Of a DNA stretch of 64,000 bases, positions 20,531-34,142 are shown piece after piece. The stretch is from NCBI GenBank assembly GCA_964460395.1, contig CAYWQS010000007.1, positions 11,135 to 75,134 of the forward strand. Reading direction: 5' to 3'. The notes under the pieces were generated by a model. The model saw nothing but the letters and a program-made list of their open reading frames with translations, was not told the origin of the DNA and did no database searches. The stretch is from an uncultured Solibacteraceae bacterium. Its GTDB lineage: Bacteria; Acidobacteriota; Terriglobia; Bryobacterales; Bryobacteraceae. Position numbers and translations under genes: made by a program. The first letter of the stretch is position 1. Each line of letters begins with the position of its first letter.

Positions 20531-22667
20531 AGTCCGCCAGTTCCGCCGGCACGAATTCAATCGCCCCTTGCGGCGGTACAGCATCCAGCGGCAGCCCGTC
20601 GCGCCACAGAGAAAGCTGAAAGCGCAGCGGTTCCTCAGGAACGGCGCCGATCGCATGTAAGGGGATACCGCATTCCAGGATCTGGCGGTAGCCCGTGTGG
20701 ATCCTCTCCCGAACCGCCTCCTCCTGGCAGTGGGCGGCGATCACTTCCGCGCCCTCGCTCGCCAGCAGAAGTGTGAACTCACATTGGCGCTCGCCCGGTT
20801 GCACTCGCAGGCGGATTTCGGTCCCCGCCAGAGCGCCAGGAAAGTCTTGTTGCAGGTCGAGCCGGAGAAACAGGTGCGCCTCGTCCGAGCCGAAGTATAG
20901 ATCGCGGAGCAATGGCGCTTGGCCATGCATCGCGCCCTGGCGGTGATCAGGCCGGTAATGCCCCGCACCCATCCATTCGAAATAGGAACTCACGCTCCCG
21001 TCCAGAACAGGGCTGAGGAACGTTGCGGGCAGTTCGATGCGTGCGGGTTCTTGAATGCGCAGTATGGGGCGGGAAAGAACCTCCGGCGGCGCTAGTCCGA
21101 GGGCCCTGTACACCTGGGCCAGATGGCCTCGGAAGAGCTTGTCGAACTCCTCGCGGTTTTCCGAGTGGTGCTCCGGACCGTACCACCAGTTCCAATCGCT
21201 GCCCTCGGCGATCAACAACTCCTCGAACGCCAGCTTCCGCTTGGCCTCGGTCAGCAGCTTCCCCTCGGGCCCTTGGACTATGCGGTCGTACGTCTCGCGC
21301 GCGGCCAGCAAATAGTTCCAGGCTTGGTTGTCCTCCTCCGCGCCGATCCAGACATCGAAATTAGCGTTGATCCAGGAGCCGGGATGAATGTGGTCCAGTG
21401 GACTGGCGGGCATGCGGGACAAGGCTTCGGTGACGGTGACGGCCTCAAGATCGGAGGCGCGTTCGATCTCGCGATAGAGTTCACGGAAGAAGGGCCGCCC
21501 GTTCTTTTCGTAATGCTCCCAGGCATTCTCCCCGTCCAGAATGATGGGGACCAGCGCGTCCCGGCCCTGCGCGTGCACCGAGCGGCAGTTGTCACGGATC
21601 CGGTCAAGGAAATGATGGGCGGCGGCGGCGGGCTCCATCCGCGAGTACACGAACCCGATCAGGTCGCTCAGGAAGTGGTCGCGAAAGATCAGGCTCATCT
21701 CGTGCGAGCCTTGCCGCCATCGCCACGGCTGGTAAGTCTCGTGCACGCCGGCAATCGACCGAAGTGTGGCGCCCAGCACCCCGTTGTCGGTGGCCATCCA
21801 TTGGAATCCGGCCTCGGAAGCGAGGCGAAGCGTTTCATCGGAAACCGAGCCTTCCGAGGGCCACATCCCAGCGGGAGGCTGGCCGAAACGTTCCTTGGCG
21901 AACTGCCGGGCCGTTACGATCTGATGGCGGGCATCCTGCGGATATCGAAAACGCTTGGGCAGCGGCACGTTCGGATGGCTCACCCGCGCGATGTCGCTGT
22001 CGCAGAGCAAGGGCAGGATGGGGTGGTAGAACGGCGTGATGGAAACTTCGATTTGGCCGCTCTCGGCGAATTCCTGGTAAACCGGCATTACCCGGCCGAG
22101 TAGTTCGAGCTGTTTGCGGCCCGCGGCAGCTTGGTCTTCCCGCGTGAATCCGCGCTGCTTGCGAAGCAGAGCCGAGATCACGGGGTCATGGTCTTGATAC
22201 TCTTCGTCGAACCACGCGAGTTGGGACCACACCTGCAGATCCCGCAGATCCTGCCGCGAAAAAAGCTGGCGCGCCGCGCCCGGCACCCCTTGGGCAGATC
22301 GCCAGAGATCGAATAACTCTCCGTAACGCGGATAACGGTAGATCATGCGGCCGTGATTAGCCTGGAAGAAATACTTGAAGATGAATTCTTGCTCTTCCGC
22401 CGATAGATCTTCCGCCGGACGCAATGCCGCACGCAGAAACGGGTCCGCGGCTTCCCCCCGGGCGTATTCCTCGATTTGCATCACCATCGAGGGGACGAGG
22501 TTGAACGTCTGACGAATGGATGGAAAATCCTGCAGAATGCGCACCATGCCGAAATAGTCCTTGAGAGCATGCATGCGCGTCCAGGGAAGCTGGTATTCGC
22601 CGGTAGCCAGGTCCTTGTAAAAAGGCTGGTGCATGTGCCAAACGAAGACCAGAAGAGTTTGGGGCAT
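20529..22667 (-). CDS. Glycoside hydrolase family 57 alpha-glucan-active enzyme
   Basis: LVFVWHMHQPFYKD, GMWPSEGSVSDETL, ILDGENAWEHY and WNWWYGPEH, which are GH57 conserved regions, plus a C-terminal extension. Confidence 0.85.
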   Translation of the reverse strand: MPQTLLVFVWHMHQPFYKDLATGEYQLPWTRMHALKDYFGMVRILQDFPSIRQTFNLVPSMVMQIEEYARGEAADPFLRAALRPAEDLSAEEQEFIFKYFFQANHGRMIYRYPRYGELFDLWRSAQGVPGAARQLFSRQDLRDLQVWSQLAWFDEEYQDHDPVISALLRKQRGFTREDQAAAGRKQLELLGRVMPVYQEFAESGQIEVSITPFYHPILPLLCDSDIARVSHPNVPLPKRFRYPQDARHQIVTARQFAKERFGQPPAGMWPSEGSVSDETLRLASEAGFQWMATDNGVLGATLRSIAGVHETYQPWRWRQGSHEMSLIFRDHFLSDLIGFVYSRMEPAAAAHHFLDRIRDNCRSVHAQGRDALVPIILDGENAWEHYEKNGRPFFRELYREIERASDLEAVTVTEALSRMPASPLDHIHPGSWINANFDVWIGAEEDNQAWNYLLAARETYDRIVQGPEGKLLTEAKRKLAFEELLIAEGSDWNWWYGPEHHSENREEFDKLFRGHLAQVYRALGLAPPEVLSRPILRIQEPARIELPATFLSPVLDGSVSSYFEWMGAGHYRPDHRQGAMHGQAPLLRDLYFGSDEAHLFLRLDLQQDFPGALAGTEIRLRVQPGERQCEFTLLLASEGAEVIAAHCQEEAVRERIHTGYRQILECGIPLHAIGAVPEEPLRFQLSLWRDGLPLDAVPPQGAIEFVPAELAD

Positions 22668-22679
22668 CGGGAGAGCCCA

Positions 22680-25193
22680 TTATCTCGTGAAAAAGCTGCG
22701 AACCGGCGGAGGCGGTGCATTACCGCGGACAGCGAGCCAAAGAATCTGGTTCAGCTCATCGTCGTCGATCCGGTCCGCTTCGGAAAAGTCCATTCGCAGC
22801 GTGCGGGCGGCGGTGGGGTTGTTCGGTGGGTTCTTCTCATTGAGGTCGATCCGTGGCTGCCGGGCTTCCCACGGGCGCGCATCGGGCTTGGGCAGAAACG
22901 CGCGCCACATTGGCACGGCGCCTGCGTCGTGCATGGTCATGGGGCGTAGCCCGAGCAACAGTTCCATGCTGCGAAGCATCGAAACCGTGTTGTACATCGT
23001 CGAATCTATGCCGCGCCCGCGCGTGTAAGGCGAGATCACAAAGGCGGGAGCGCGGTGGGAGTCGACGTGATCGGGTCCGTTCTGCGCGTCATCTTCCAGG
23101 ACGAAAATAGCGGTTTGCGGCCAGAACGGGCTGCGGGAAACCGCCTGAACCACCAGGCCCAGAGCGTAATCGTTGTCGGCGACCGCCGCGCGGGGTGTGT
23201 GCTTGCCGGGCGCGGTTCCTGACGTATGGTTGTTGCCGAGCCTCAGCACAATGAGTTCTGGCATGCCTGAGCCCGCCTTGCTCCACTGCTCCAACTCGCG
23301 CAGAAAAGGCTGCACGCGGTCCACATCGGGGTAATCAAGATCATAGGCGCGGTACTCCAGGCAAGTGTGCGGCGCCAGCCCCGGGTCGCGCACGAAGGCA
23401 ATCTGCTTGCCCGACGCCGGGCGCGGGGTGATGTTTGTAGCCCACCAGCCATAGTTGCGGACTGTCCTCCCGGCAGCCAGCGCGTTGGTCCAAATGTAAC
23501 CCGCTGGCGGCGCGGCGGCGCGTTCGCCGCCTTCGTAGTCGTAATGGCGCCTCCGGCGGCCGTAGCTGTTTGGCCAGAGCAGTTGAACGTAGGCGGGCGC
23601 GATGGCAGCGGATGACCAGTTGTGGCCGTCGGCGGAAACGTCGGCGTTGACGTAGAAGTTGTCGAGCAGGACGAAGTCGCGTGCGAGTTGGTGCTGGTTG
23701 GGCGTCACGTCCTCTCCGAATAGCGTGAGCGAAGGGTCGCCGTTGCCCATTCCGAGATCGCCCAGCACCTGGTCGTAGGTGCGGTTTTCTTTGACTACGT
23801 AGATCACGTGCCGGATCGGGCTGCGCCCTTCAGCGTTGGTAGGCAGCGGGTTGCCCGCGGGTACTCCGGCATCGGCCAGCATGCGGCTGCGAAAAGGCGT
23901 GTTCCTGAGAACCTGCGCAGAGTATTCGTCCAATTGCGCGGAGTCGAAGGGCTCGATCAACGATGCGGCCCCACGCTGCAGCGCGCCGACATATTCCACT
24001 GCCGGAATCCCAGCATGCGTGGGTGCCGGGCGCCGCGTAGGGTTTGGGCCTTGCGGGTTCGGAAACGAGCGCGGACCCCGGCCATTCAGCACCAGCAGGC
24101 GCCCGTCCGGGAGTTCGACCATCGAGGTCGGATACCACCCTGTGGGCACGAAGCCCATCACAATCGAGCGCGCAGTGCGCACGTCGGCAACCGCCACGGC
24201 GTTTGTGTCCGAGCAGACGGTGTAAAGCCTGTCTTCATCCGCGGACAGTGCCAGCGATGCCGGGGTCATGCCCACCGGCTGTTCCGGATACAGCGAAAGG
24301 TTTAATCGTTCCAGTAACCGCATGGAGCCGTCTGCGTTGATGCCGACCGACGCCACGCTGTTGGTGTTGGAGATTGCCACGAAGAGCCGCGCGCTGAAGG
24401 GAACAGGCTTGGCCGCTTCTCCCTCTGCCTCGGCTTCCGCGATCGTCGCTTTCGCGCGCCAGACTATGTCCATCGGCTGCGGGCCAACCGGCAGCCGCGA
24501 AACCGCCTCCCCGGTCGTCGTATTGTGACGGTAGAGAAACCCGTCGCCCCAACCGGTGACATACAGCCAGCGTCCATCAGGATGAGGCAAGAGACGGAAG
24601 GGCCGGTGCGCGCTCTTCCACTCCTCGATCACGATCCCGGTCTGCAGGTTGATCACGAAAATCGTGTTGCGGAAGAGCGCGGCCACATAGAGGAACCGGC
24701 CATCTGGCGAGAGCGCGACATCGCCCAGAAAGTCGGTGTGCTTGCGCTCTCCTTCCTTCACGAGGACAAAGGTCCGGCGGCGCTCCAGTGAGCCTTGCGG
24801 CGTGAGAGCGAGTTCGTAGACCTCCGAACGCGACCCCCCCGAGGCGTACAGCAAGTTGCTCTTCGGGGCAAAGCGGAGCCCCAGCCACAAGTCGGGCAGG
24901 GCAAGTTGGGCTGTTTCGCGGAACGAAGGCAGTTCAAACACTGTCAGTTTGGGCGGAAGATAACCTGCCTGCATGACTACGACATGCCGCCCGCCGGGCG
25001 CCAGAGCGGAAGTCATGGGGAGAGTTTCGAGAGGGATCTGCCGCCCCGCTGGCGTTAGCAACGCTCCGGAAACCAGGCGCACCGCGCCTCCTGGTTGCGG
25101 CCCTACCGTGAGAGGCCGTTCAGGCTGCGGCAACAGCAACATGGTGGATAGCAGACCGCACACGGCAACGGCGGCAAGCGGATGGATTTTCAT
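22680..25193 (-). CDS. Secreted beta-propeller (YncE/YVTN-like) fused to phosphoesterase (PLC/AcpA family)
   Basis: The N-terminal half has repeated propeller blades (LYVAALFRNTIFVINL, LYVTGWGDGFLY, LYTVCSDTNAVAVAD). The C-terminal half has IRHVIYVVKENRTYDQVLGDLG, the phosphoesterase-family signature. The start overlaps the nadE stop by ATGA. Confidence 0.8.
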   Translation of the reverse strand: MKIHPLAAVAVCGLLSTMLLLPQPERPLTVGPQPGGAVRLVSGALLTPAGRQIPLETLPMTSALAPGGRHVVVMQAGYLPPKLTVFELPSFRETAQLALPDLWLGLRFAPKSNLLYASGGSRSEVYELALTPQGSLERRRTFVLVKEGERKHTDFLGDVALSPDGRFLYVAALFRNTIFVINLQTGIVIEEWKSAHRPFRLLPHPDGRWLYVTGWGDGFLYRHNTTTGEAVSRLPVGPQPMDIVWRAKATIAEAEAEGEAAKPVPFSARLFVAISNTNSVASVGINADGSMRLLERLNLSLYPEQPVGMTPASLALSADEDRLYTVCSDTNAVAVADVRTARSIVMGFVPTGWYPTSMVELPDGRLLVLNGRGPRSFPNPQGPNPTRRPAPTHAGIPAVEYVGALQRGAASLIEPFDSAQLDEYSAQVLRNTPFRSRMLADAGVPAGNPLPTNAEGRSPIRHVIYVVKENRTYDQVLGDLGMGNGDPSLTLFGEDVTPNQHQLARDFVLLDNFYVNADVSADGHNWSSAAIAPAYVQLLWPNSYGRRRRHYDYEGGERAAAPPAGYIWTNALAAGRTVRNYGWWATNITPRPASGKQIAFVRDPGLAPHTCLEYRAYDLDYPDVDRVQPFLRELEQWSKAGSGMPELIVLRLGNNHTSGTAPGKHTPRAAVADNDYALGLVVQAVSRSPFWPQTAIFVLEDDAQNGPDHVDSHRAPAFVISPYTRGRGIDSTMYNTVSMLRSMELLLGLRPMTMHDAGAVPMWRAFLPKPDARPWEARQPRIDLNEKNPPNNPTAARTLRMDFSEADRIDDDELNQILWLAVRGNAPPPPVRSFFTR

Positions 25194-26842
25194 TCAAAGA
25201 ACCTTTGCGCGATGGGAAAACGGCGTCCGATGCCAAAGGCCTTCGAGGTGACTTTGAGCCCGGGCGCCGCCTGCTGGCGTTTATACTCGTTGCGGTCCAC
25301 CTTGTTGACGATGTCGCGCACCAGGGCGAGGGGAAGATCAAGTTTGGCGGCAATAACGGCTGGAGGTTCGAGATCCTCGACATAGGCCTTCAGAATCCGG
25401 TCCAGTACCTCATACTCCGGCAATGAGTCCGTGTCTTTCTGGTCAGGACGCAGTTCCGCCGATGGCGGCTTCGTGAGGACGCTTTCGGGCACGATCGGCG
25501 CACCCCGGCGCTGATTCACCAGACGGCACAGGTCGTACACCATGGTCTTGGGCACGTCGCTGATCACCGCTAAGCCGCCACACATGTCTCCGTACAGCGT
25601 GCAATAGCCAACCGCGACTTCGCTCTTGTTGCCCGTAGTGAGCACGAGTGCATTCCACTTGTTGGAAAGAGCCATCAGCGTCATTCCGCGGAGCCGGGCC
25701 TGGATGTTCTCCTCTGTCACATCCCGCGAGGCCCCGTTGAACAGGGGATCGAGCGATTCCAGCATCCGCTGGTAGGCAGGTGTGATCGGCGCGACTTCGA
25801 AGCGGATGCCCAGGTTCACGGCCAGGGCGCGCGCGTCGGTGAGGCTGTGATCAGAGGAAAACGGTCCTGGCATGGCGACCCCCACTACGTTTTCCTTGCC
25901 CACCGCATCCACCGCGATACAGGCCACCAGCGAAGAGTCGATGCCACCGCTCAAGCCGATCAGTACTCTTTGAAATCCGCACTTGCGCAGGTAGTCGCGC
26001 GTGCCCAGCACCAGAGCATCATAGACGGCGCTTGTTTCGTCCTCGTGACTTGCGTGCCTGTCTCCTGACAAAGTATCGAGATCCAGCAGCACCAGGTCCT
26101 CTTCGAAGCTGCGGGCCTCCGCTACCGCTTGGCCTGACGCATCCAGCGCGAAACTGGAACCGTCGAAAATGAGCTGGTCGTTGCCGCCCACCATGTTTAC
26201 GTAAACGAGGGGCACCCCGTGGCGGCGCGCTTGCGACGCGAATACCCCGCGCCGCAAGGCCCTTTTCTCCAGGTTGTACGGTGAGCCGTTAACAACAATC
26301 AGCAAATCCGCGCCTTGGCTCACGAGCTGGTCGACCGGGTCGAGGTGATAGAGAGGGCGGTCCCAGAATTGCTTGTCGTTCCACGCGTCCTCGCAGATGG
26401 CCAGCGCAAGCCGGCGGGACTCGAAGCGGCAAATCGACTGGCAGGTGGCGGGTTCGAAGTTCCGCGCCTCGTCGAACACGTCATACGTAGGCAGCAGCAT
26501 CTTCGTCTGCGTGAAGAGAACCCGCCCGCCGTCAATCAGAGCCGCATTGTTCAAGGCGCGCCGGGTAGCTTCCGGGGGGGCTTGCCCCACATAACCAACG
26601 ATCAAGGCACAGTTCAGCCCGGCGGTTTCTTCCCTCAGCTTGGCCAGCTCCTGCGCCGTGCGTTCGAGAAAGGATGGTTTCTCCACCAGATCCCGCGGCG
26701 GATAGCCGGTGAGCGCGAGTTCGGGAAACACCGCCAGGCGGGCTCCGCGCTCCGCCGCCTGGCGCGCGAATGAGGCGATCCGGGCGCGGTTGCCCTCCAG
26801 ATCGCCCACGGTGTTGTTGATCTGGCAAAGAGCGATGCGCAT
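25190..26842 (-). CDS. nadE: NAD+ synthase (glutamine-hydrolysing)
   Basis: N-terminal CN-hydrolase domain (MRIALCQINNTVGDLEGN, FPELALTGYPP, LAICEDAW). C-terminal PP-loop GLSGGIDSS. Confidence 0.9.
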   Translation of the reverse strand: MRIALCQINNTVGDLEGNRARIASFARQAAERGARLAVFPELALTGYPPRDLVEKPSFLERTAQELAKLREETAGLNCALIVGYVGQAPPEATRRALNNAALIDGGRVLFTQTKMLLPTYDVFDEARNFEPATCQSICRFESRRLALAICEDAWNDKQFWDRPLYHLDPVDQLVSQGADLLIVVNGSPYNLEKRALRRGVFASQARRHGVPLVYVNMVGGNDQLIFDGSSFALDASGQAVAEARSFEEDLVLLDLDTLSGDRHASHEDETSAVYDALVLGTRDYLRKCGFQRVLIGLSGGIDSSLVACIAVDAVGKENVVGVAMPGPFSSDHSLTDARALAVNLGIRFEVAPITPAYQRMLESLDPLFNGASRDVTEENIQARLRGMTLMALSNKWNALVLTTGNKSEVAVGYCTLYGDMCGGLAVISDVPKTMVYDLCRLVNQRRGAPIVPESVLTKPPSAELRPDQKDTDSLPEYEVLDRILKAYVEDLEPPAVIAAKLDLPLALVRDIVNKVDRNEYKRQQAAPGLKVTSKAFGIGRRFPIAQRFFE

Positions 26843-26895
26843 AAGGGGAAACCCCTCATTTTACCGATCCAACACAGGGTCGCCGCTACACTGGA

Positions 26896-28287
26896 ATGAT
26901 GGCCGGCAGTTTCTGGGGCGAAATCAAGGCAGCACTGGCCGGGCATGAGCAGGACTACACCACGGCGCCACTGAACCGCGCTATTTTCCTCTTGGCCGTG
27001 CCGATGGTTCTGGAGATGTGCATGGAGTCGCTCTTCGGCATCGTGGACATCTACTGGGTGGCGCGTCTCGGCGAAAAGGCCACTGCCGCGGTTGGCGTAA
27101 CGGAATCAATCATGACCATCGTTTACTCGGTGGCCCTGGGTGTTTCCATGTCGGCCACCGCCATGATCTCGCGCCGGATTGGCGAAAAGAAGCCGGAGGC
27201 CGCGTCACGGGCGGCCGCGCAGACGGTCCTCCTGGGCTTGCTTCTCTCCTTGGTCATTGCCGTGCCATGCACCGTGTGGGCGGACGATCTGTTGCGGCTG
27301 ATGGGGGCGGACGCTGCCGTCCAGCAGGCGGGCGCGGGCTACGCACGGCTGATCTTCGCCGGCTCGGTCAGTGTCATGCTCCTCTTTCTCCTGAACGCAG
27401 TGTTCCGGGGGGCGGGCAACGCGGCCATCGCTATGCGCGTCCTGTGGCTGGGCAACGGAATCAATATCGCACTGGACCCGCTGTTGATTTTCGGATGGGG
27501 ACCCTTCCCGCAGTTGGGCATCGAAGGAGCCGCATGGGCTACCGTGTTTGGCCGGACCCTCGGCGTGGCCTACCAGTTCTGGCATTTGGCGCGGGGCACG
27601 GGGGCGATCCGTCTCGAATGGCGGTACCTGCGGCCCGAATGGAAGGTGCTTCGGACACTCTCGCGCCTCTCCGCAACAGGTATGCTGCAATTCCTCATCG
27701 CCCACGCCAGTTGGATTGCGCTCGTGCGCATTATTGCTCTGGCGGGGGCCAGTGCCTTGGCGGGATACACCATCGCCATCCGGATCGTGATCTTCTCGCT
27801 GCTGCCTTCCTGGGGTTTTTCCAATGCCGCGGCGACCTTGATGGGCCAGAACCTCGGCGCGCGGCGGCCCGATCGCGCCGAAAGCGCCGTCTGGCGTACA
27901 GGTTTCTACAACATGGTGTTCCTCGCGGTGGTGAGTGTGGCCTTTCTGGTGATCCCGGCGCAATTGGTGGGCTTCTTCACGAACGAACCGGAGGTCGTGC
28001 GGTTCGGCGCAGCCTGTCTCCGCATCATCGCGGCAGGCTATCTGGCCTACGCCTACGGAATGGTGATGGTGCAAGCCTTCAACGGAGCGGGCGACACTGT
28101 AACCCCCACCTTCATCAACCTCGCCTGCTACTGGTGCCTGCAATTGCCGCTCGCCTACTGGCTGGCTGAAGGCATGGATTGGGGCGCTTTTGGCGCCTTC
28201 TGGGCAGTCCCCGTCGCCGAAACCGTGCTCGCAATCGTCGGCATCCTGGTCTTCCGCCGCGGCACTTGGAAACAGCGCAGAGTGTAG
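26896..28287 (+). CDS. MATE family efflux transporter
   Basis: 463 aa with about 12 predicted hydrophobic helices. N-terminus LNRAIFLLAVPMVLEMCMESLFGIVDIYWV is typical of MATE/NorM. Confidence 0.85.
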   Translation: MMAGSFWGEIKAALAGHEQDYTTAPLNRAIFLLAVPMVLEMCMESLFGIVDIYWVARLGEKATAAVGVTESIMTIVYSVALGVSMSATAMISRRIGEKKPEAASRAAAQTVLLGLLLSLVIAVPCTVWADDLLRLMGADAAVQQAGAGYARLIFAGSVSVMLLFLLNAVFRGAGNAAIAMRVLWLGNGINIALDPLLIFGWGPFPQLGIEGAAWATVFGRTLGVAYQFWHLARGTGAIRLEWRYLRPEWKVLRTLSRLSATGMLQFLIAHASWIALVRIIALAGASALAGYTIAIRIVIFSLLPSWGFSNAAATLMGQNLGARRPDRAESAVWRTGFYNMVFLAVVSVAFLVIPAQLVGFFTNEPEVVRFGAACLRIIAAGYLAYAYGMVMVQAFNGAGDTVTPTFINLACYWCLQLPLAYWLAEGMDWGAFGAFWAVPVAETVLAIVGILVFRRGTWKQRRV

Positions 28288-28391
28288 TCCGGCAATCCTG
28301 CTCGCCAGCGCTCACACCCGTTCCATCAAACGACTTGGAGAAAAACTTGACGCTCTCGCGTCGGCCGAACGGAGGGAAACTGTTGACGAAG

Positions 28392-28423
28392 AAAAACCCG
28401 GCCTCGCGAACAAGGCCGGGTTT
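28392..28423. terminator. Bidirectional rho-independent terminator
   Basis: AAAAA-CCCGGCCT (28397-28404)-cgcgaaca-AGGCCGGG (28413-28420)-TTT, located between the convergent MATE and receptor genes. Confidence 0.6.
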
Positions 28424-28444
28424 CGCGGAAAGTGCTGGTTCTGC

Positions 28445-31579
<3,135 letters not shown>

Positions 31580-31680
31580 AGCTTGTTAAGACCCTCTGGA
31601 AAGTGGTGGCTGGAGCTTCCACGCAGAAGACAGCCCCGATAACTGATAGTTAACACGATTTAAGCCAAATCGGGAGCTAA

Positions 31681-31718
31681 TAGAAGAAACTCTTCTAAAA
31701 CTATCCGAAAGATAGGTT
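31681..31718 (-). terminator. Terminator-like double hairpin downstream of hemY
   Basis: On the minus strand: AACCTATC-tttcg-GATAGTTTT followed by TAGAAGA-gtt-TCTTCTA. It separates hemY from the downstream receptor gene. Confidence 0.35.
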
Positions 31719-31727
31719 CCCGGCCGG

Positions 31728-33113
31728 CTACGACGCTTGAAGAAAACGACGGGCGGCGGCACGCCCTGTCCGCACGCAGTCCGAAATACCGATCCCTTCA
31801 TAGGCATTGCCCGCCAGGGCCAGGCCGGGCAGCGGTGCAAGGCGTTGGTGGAGTTCCTCCATGCGTGCGGAGTGCCCGACGGTATACTGCGCCATCGAGC
31901 GCCGCCAGCGCCGGACGTTCACGAAGTCAGGCTCAACATCCCACCCCAGCAGTGCCCGGAGTTCGCTCCGGACTTGGGCCACGAGTTCCGCGTCATCGAG
32001 GTCCAGGACCTCCTCCCGTCCCGCGCCGCCAAGAAAACAGCGCAGCACTATGTGGGAATCTGGGACGCGGAAGGGGAACTTGGCGCCGATGAACGTGCAG
32101 GCAACCAGCGTTCTCCGCTCGGCTGCGGGCACGAGGAATCCGAAGCCAGGCGGTACTTTCCCTGCTCGTTCGCGCCGGTAGCCCAGCGCAAGCGTAATGG
32201 ATGAGCTGTAGTCAATGCCTTCCAGCAAGGCCGCCGCTCGCGTGTTTACATTGCGCAGCAAGGCCCCGGCTCGCCATGCTGGCGTGGCGACTACCACGCC
32301 GCGCGCCGGGAGATTCTCACCTCCTGCGCGCACCACCCAAAGGCCATGGAAATTCAAAACGGCTTCCGCTTCCACGTGCCTGACTTCTGTAGCCGGCCGG
32401 ATCGCGGATTCCAGCGCTGAAACAAGCTGCTGGAGCCCTCCCTTCAACGTCAGAAAAAGCGGAGCGTTCTCAGCGGCAGCCCACGCCCGGGCTTTCCTGC
32501 GGCTGGCCAGCACCCCGCGGGTCAGGCTGCCATATTGGCGCTCCAACTCGGTGAACCGGGTGAGCACGCTGTTGACGCTCAGTTCCTCCACCGACCCGCC
32601 GTATACTCCCGAGAGCAGTGGTTCGGCCAGGTAGTCCACCGATTCCTGGCCGTAGTGGCCCCGAATGAAATCAGCCACCGAACGGTCGGGCGGCGGTTCC
32701 TTAGGTGGCCGGCGAAAATACTCCAGCCCCATGCGCAGCTTCGTGCCCCAACTCAACAGCGGGCTCACCGCCATCGGCAAGACCCGCGTGGGCACCATCA
32801 TCATCAACCCGTCGGGCAGCGGCAACAGCCGCCCGTTTTTGACGACGTAAGTGATCCGCCCCGAATCGTTCGAACCGATCAGATCAGCTGCAAGCCCGAG
32901 TTCGCGGATCAGTTCGGTAGCCGCCGGCTTGGCGGAGAGATAACTGTCCGGACCGCCTTCCAGCACGCAGCCTTCTGTGGTGGACGTTTCAATTACGCCG
33001 CCCAAGCGGGGGGCCGCCTCCAGCAGGAGAGGCCGTTCTCCCGCCTTGACCAGCTCGTAGGCCGCGGAAAGACCCGCGATGCCGCCGCCAATAACAATGA
33101 AGGGCGCCGCCAT
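31728..33113 (-). CDS. hemY: Protoporphyrinogen/coproporphyrinogen III oxidase (HemY/CgoX family, FAD-dependent)
   Basis: FIVIGGGIAGLSAAYEL dinucleotide-binding motif, 461 aa, adjacent to hemE. Confidence 0.8.
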   Translation of the reverse strand: MAAPFIVIGGGIAGLSAAYELVKAGERPLLLEAAPRLGGVIETSTTEGCVLEGGPDSYLSAKPAATELIRELGLAADLIGSNDSGRITYVVKNGRLLPLPDGLMMMVPTRVLPMAVSPLLSWGTKLRMGLEYFRRPPKEPPPDRSVADFIRGHYGQESVDYLAEPLLSGVYGGSVEELSVNSVLTRFTELERQYGSLTRGVLASRRKARAWAAAENAPLFLTLKGGLQQLVSALESAIRPATEVRHVEAEAVLNFHGLWVVRAGGENLPARGVVVATPAWRAGALLRNVNTRAAALLEGIDYSSSITLALGYRRERAGKVPPGFGFLVPAAERRTLVACTFIGAKFPFRVPDSHIVLRCFLGGAGREEVLDLDDAELVAQVRSELRALLGWDVEPDFVNVRRWRRSMAQYTVGHSARMEELHQRLAPLPGLALAGNAYEGIGISDCVRTGRAAARRFLQAS

Positions 33114-33119
33114 CGGCCG

Positions 33120-34142
33120 TTACGGCTTGAACTCCCGGACGATCTGCACCACCGCGCGGACATTCTCCACGGGGGTCTCGGGCAGGATGCCGTGGCCGAG
33201 ATTGAAAATGTGCCCGGGCCGCGAGCCGGTACGCTTCAATAGTTCGATCACCTTCTGCTTCAACTCGGGCAACGGCGCCAGCAGGGCCGCGGGATCCAGG
33301 TTGCCCTGAATCGCCGAACGGTAACTGATGTCCATCCACGCCTGGTCGATGTTGAGCCGCCAGTCGACGCCCATCACATCGCCGCCGGCGGCGTGAAGTT
33401 CCCGAAAGTAACCGGCCGCGCCGGTGCCGAAGTGAATCACCGGCACTCCCGTCGAGCGGATCCGCTCGATGAGAGCGCGGCTGTACGGAGCCACATAACG
33501 CACGTAATCGTCGGCGCCAAGTGCGCCGACCCAACTGTCAAACACCTGAATGGCGCGCGCCCCGGCGGCCACCTGCAGGATCGCGAACGGCCCTAATACG
33601 TCCACCAGCTTGCCCATCAGCCGGCGCCACAGCGTCTCGTCGCGGTACATCAAAGTCTTCGTCTGCAGAAAATGCCGCGACGGCCCGCCCTCAATCATGT
33701 AACTCGCCATCGTGAACGGCGCGCCGACAAAGCCGATCGTCGGAACTTTGCCGTTCAGCGCGCGAGTCACCATTTGAATGGCTTCGCCCACATAGCCGAG
33801 ATCGTCGGTGTTCGCCGTCGAAAGCGTATCCACGTCGTGCGAGGTGCGTACGGGATTGTCGATCACCGGCCCTTCGCCCGCCACAAACTTGAGCTTCAGC
33901 CCCATCGGTTCCACCGGCAACAGCAGGTCCGCGAAGATGATCGCGGCGTCAACGTCGAGCATCTCGATGGGTTGCAGGGTGACCGTTGCCGCCAGATCAG
34001 GCCGCTTGCAGATGTCGAGAATTCCGTGCTTGGCGCGAATGTCACGATAAGCCTTCATGTAACGCCCGGCTTGGCGCATAAACCAGACCGGCCGGACATC
34101 TGTCGGGCGGCGCCTGCAGGCGTCTAGAAAGCGGCTGCTCAT
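33120..34142 (-). CDS. hemE: Uroporphyrinogen decarboxylase
   Basis: RFLDACRRRPTDVRPVWFMRQAGRYM signature. ATG 34142 forms an ATGA overlap with the apbE stop. Confidence 0.9.
   Translation of the reverse strand: MSSRFLDACRRRPTDVRPVWFMRQAGRYMKAYRDIRAKHGILDICKRPDLAATVTLQPIEMLDVDAAIIFADLLLPVEPMGLKLKFVAGEGPVIDNPVRTSHDVDTLSTANTDDLGYVGEAIQMVTRALNGKVPTIGFVGAPFTMASYMIEGGPSRHFLQTKTLMYRDETLWRRLMGKLVDVLGPFAILQVAAGARAIQVFDSWVGALGADDYVRYVAPYSRALIERIRSTGVPVIHFGTGAAGYFRELHAAGGDVMGVDWRLNIDQAWMDISYRSAIQGNLDPAALLAPLPELKQKVIELLKRTGSRPGHIFNLGHGILPETPVENVRAVVQIVREFKP

Noticed and set aside
31662-31673. 12-nt motif TAAGCCAAATCG shared between the intergenic regions at 31662-31673 and 35641-35652
   Set aside because: The match does not extend beyond 12 nt. 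In 128 kb of two-strand sequence, hundreds of chance 12-mer repeats are expected. The positions relative to neighbouring genes differ: one is upstream of a receptor gene and the other lies immediately 3' of a stop codon.
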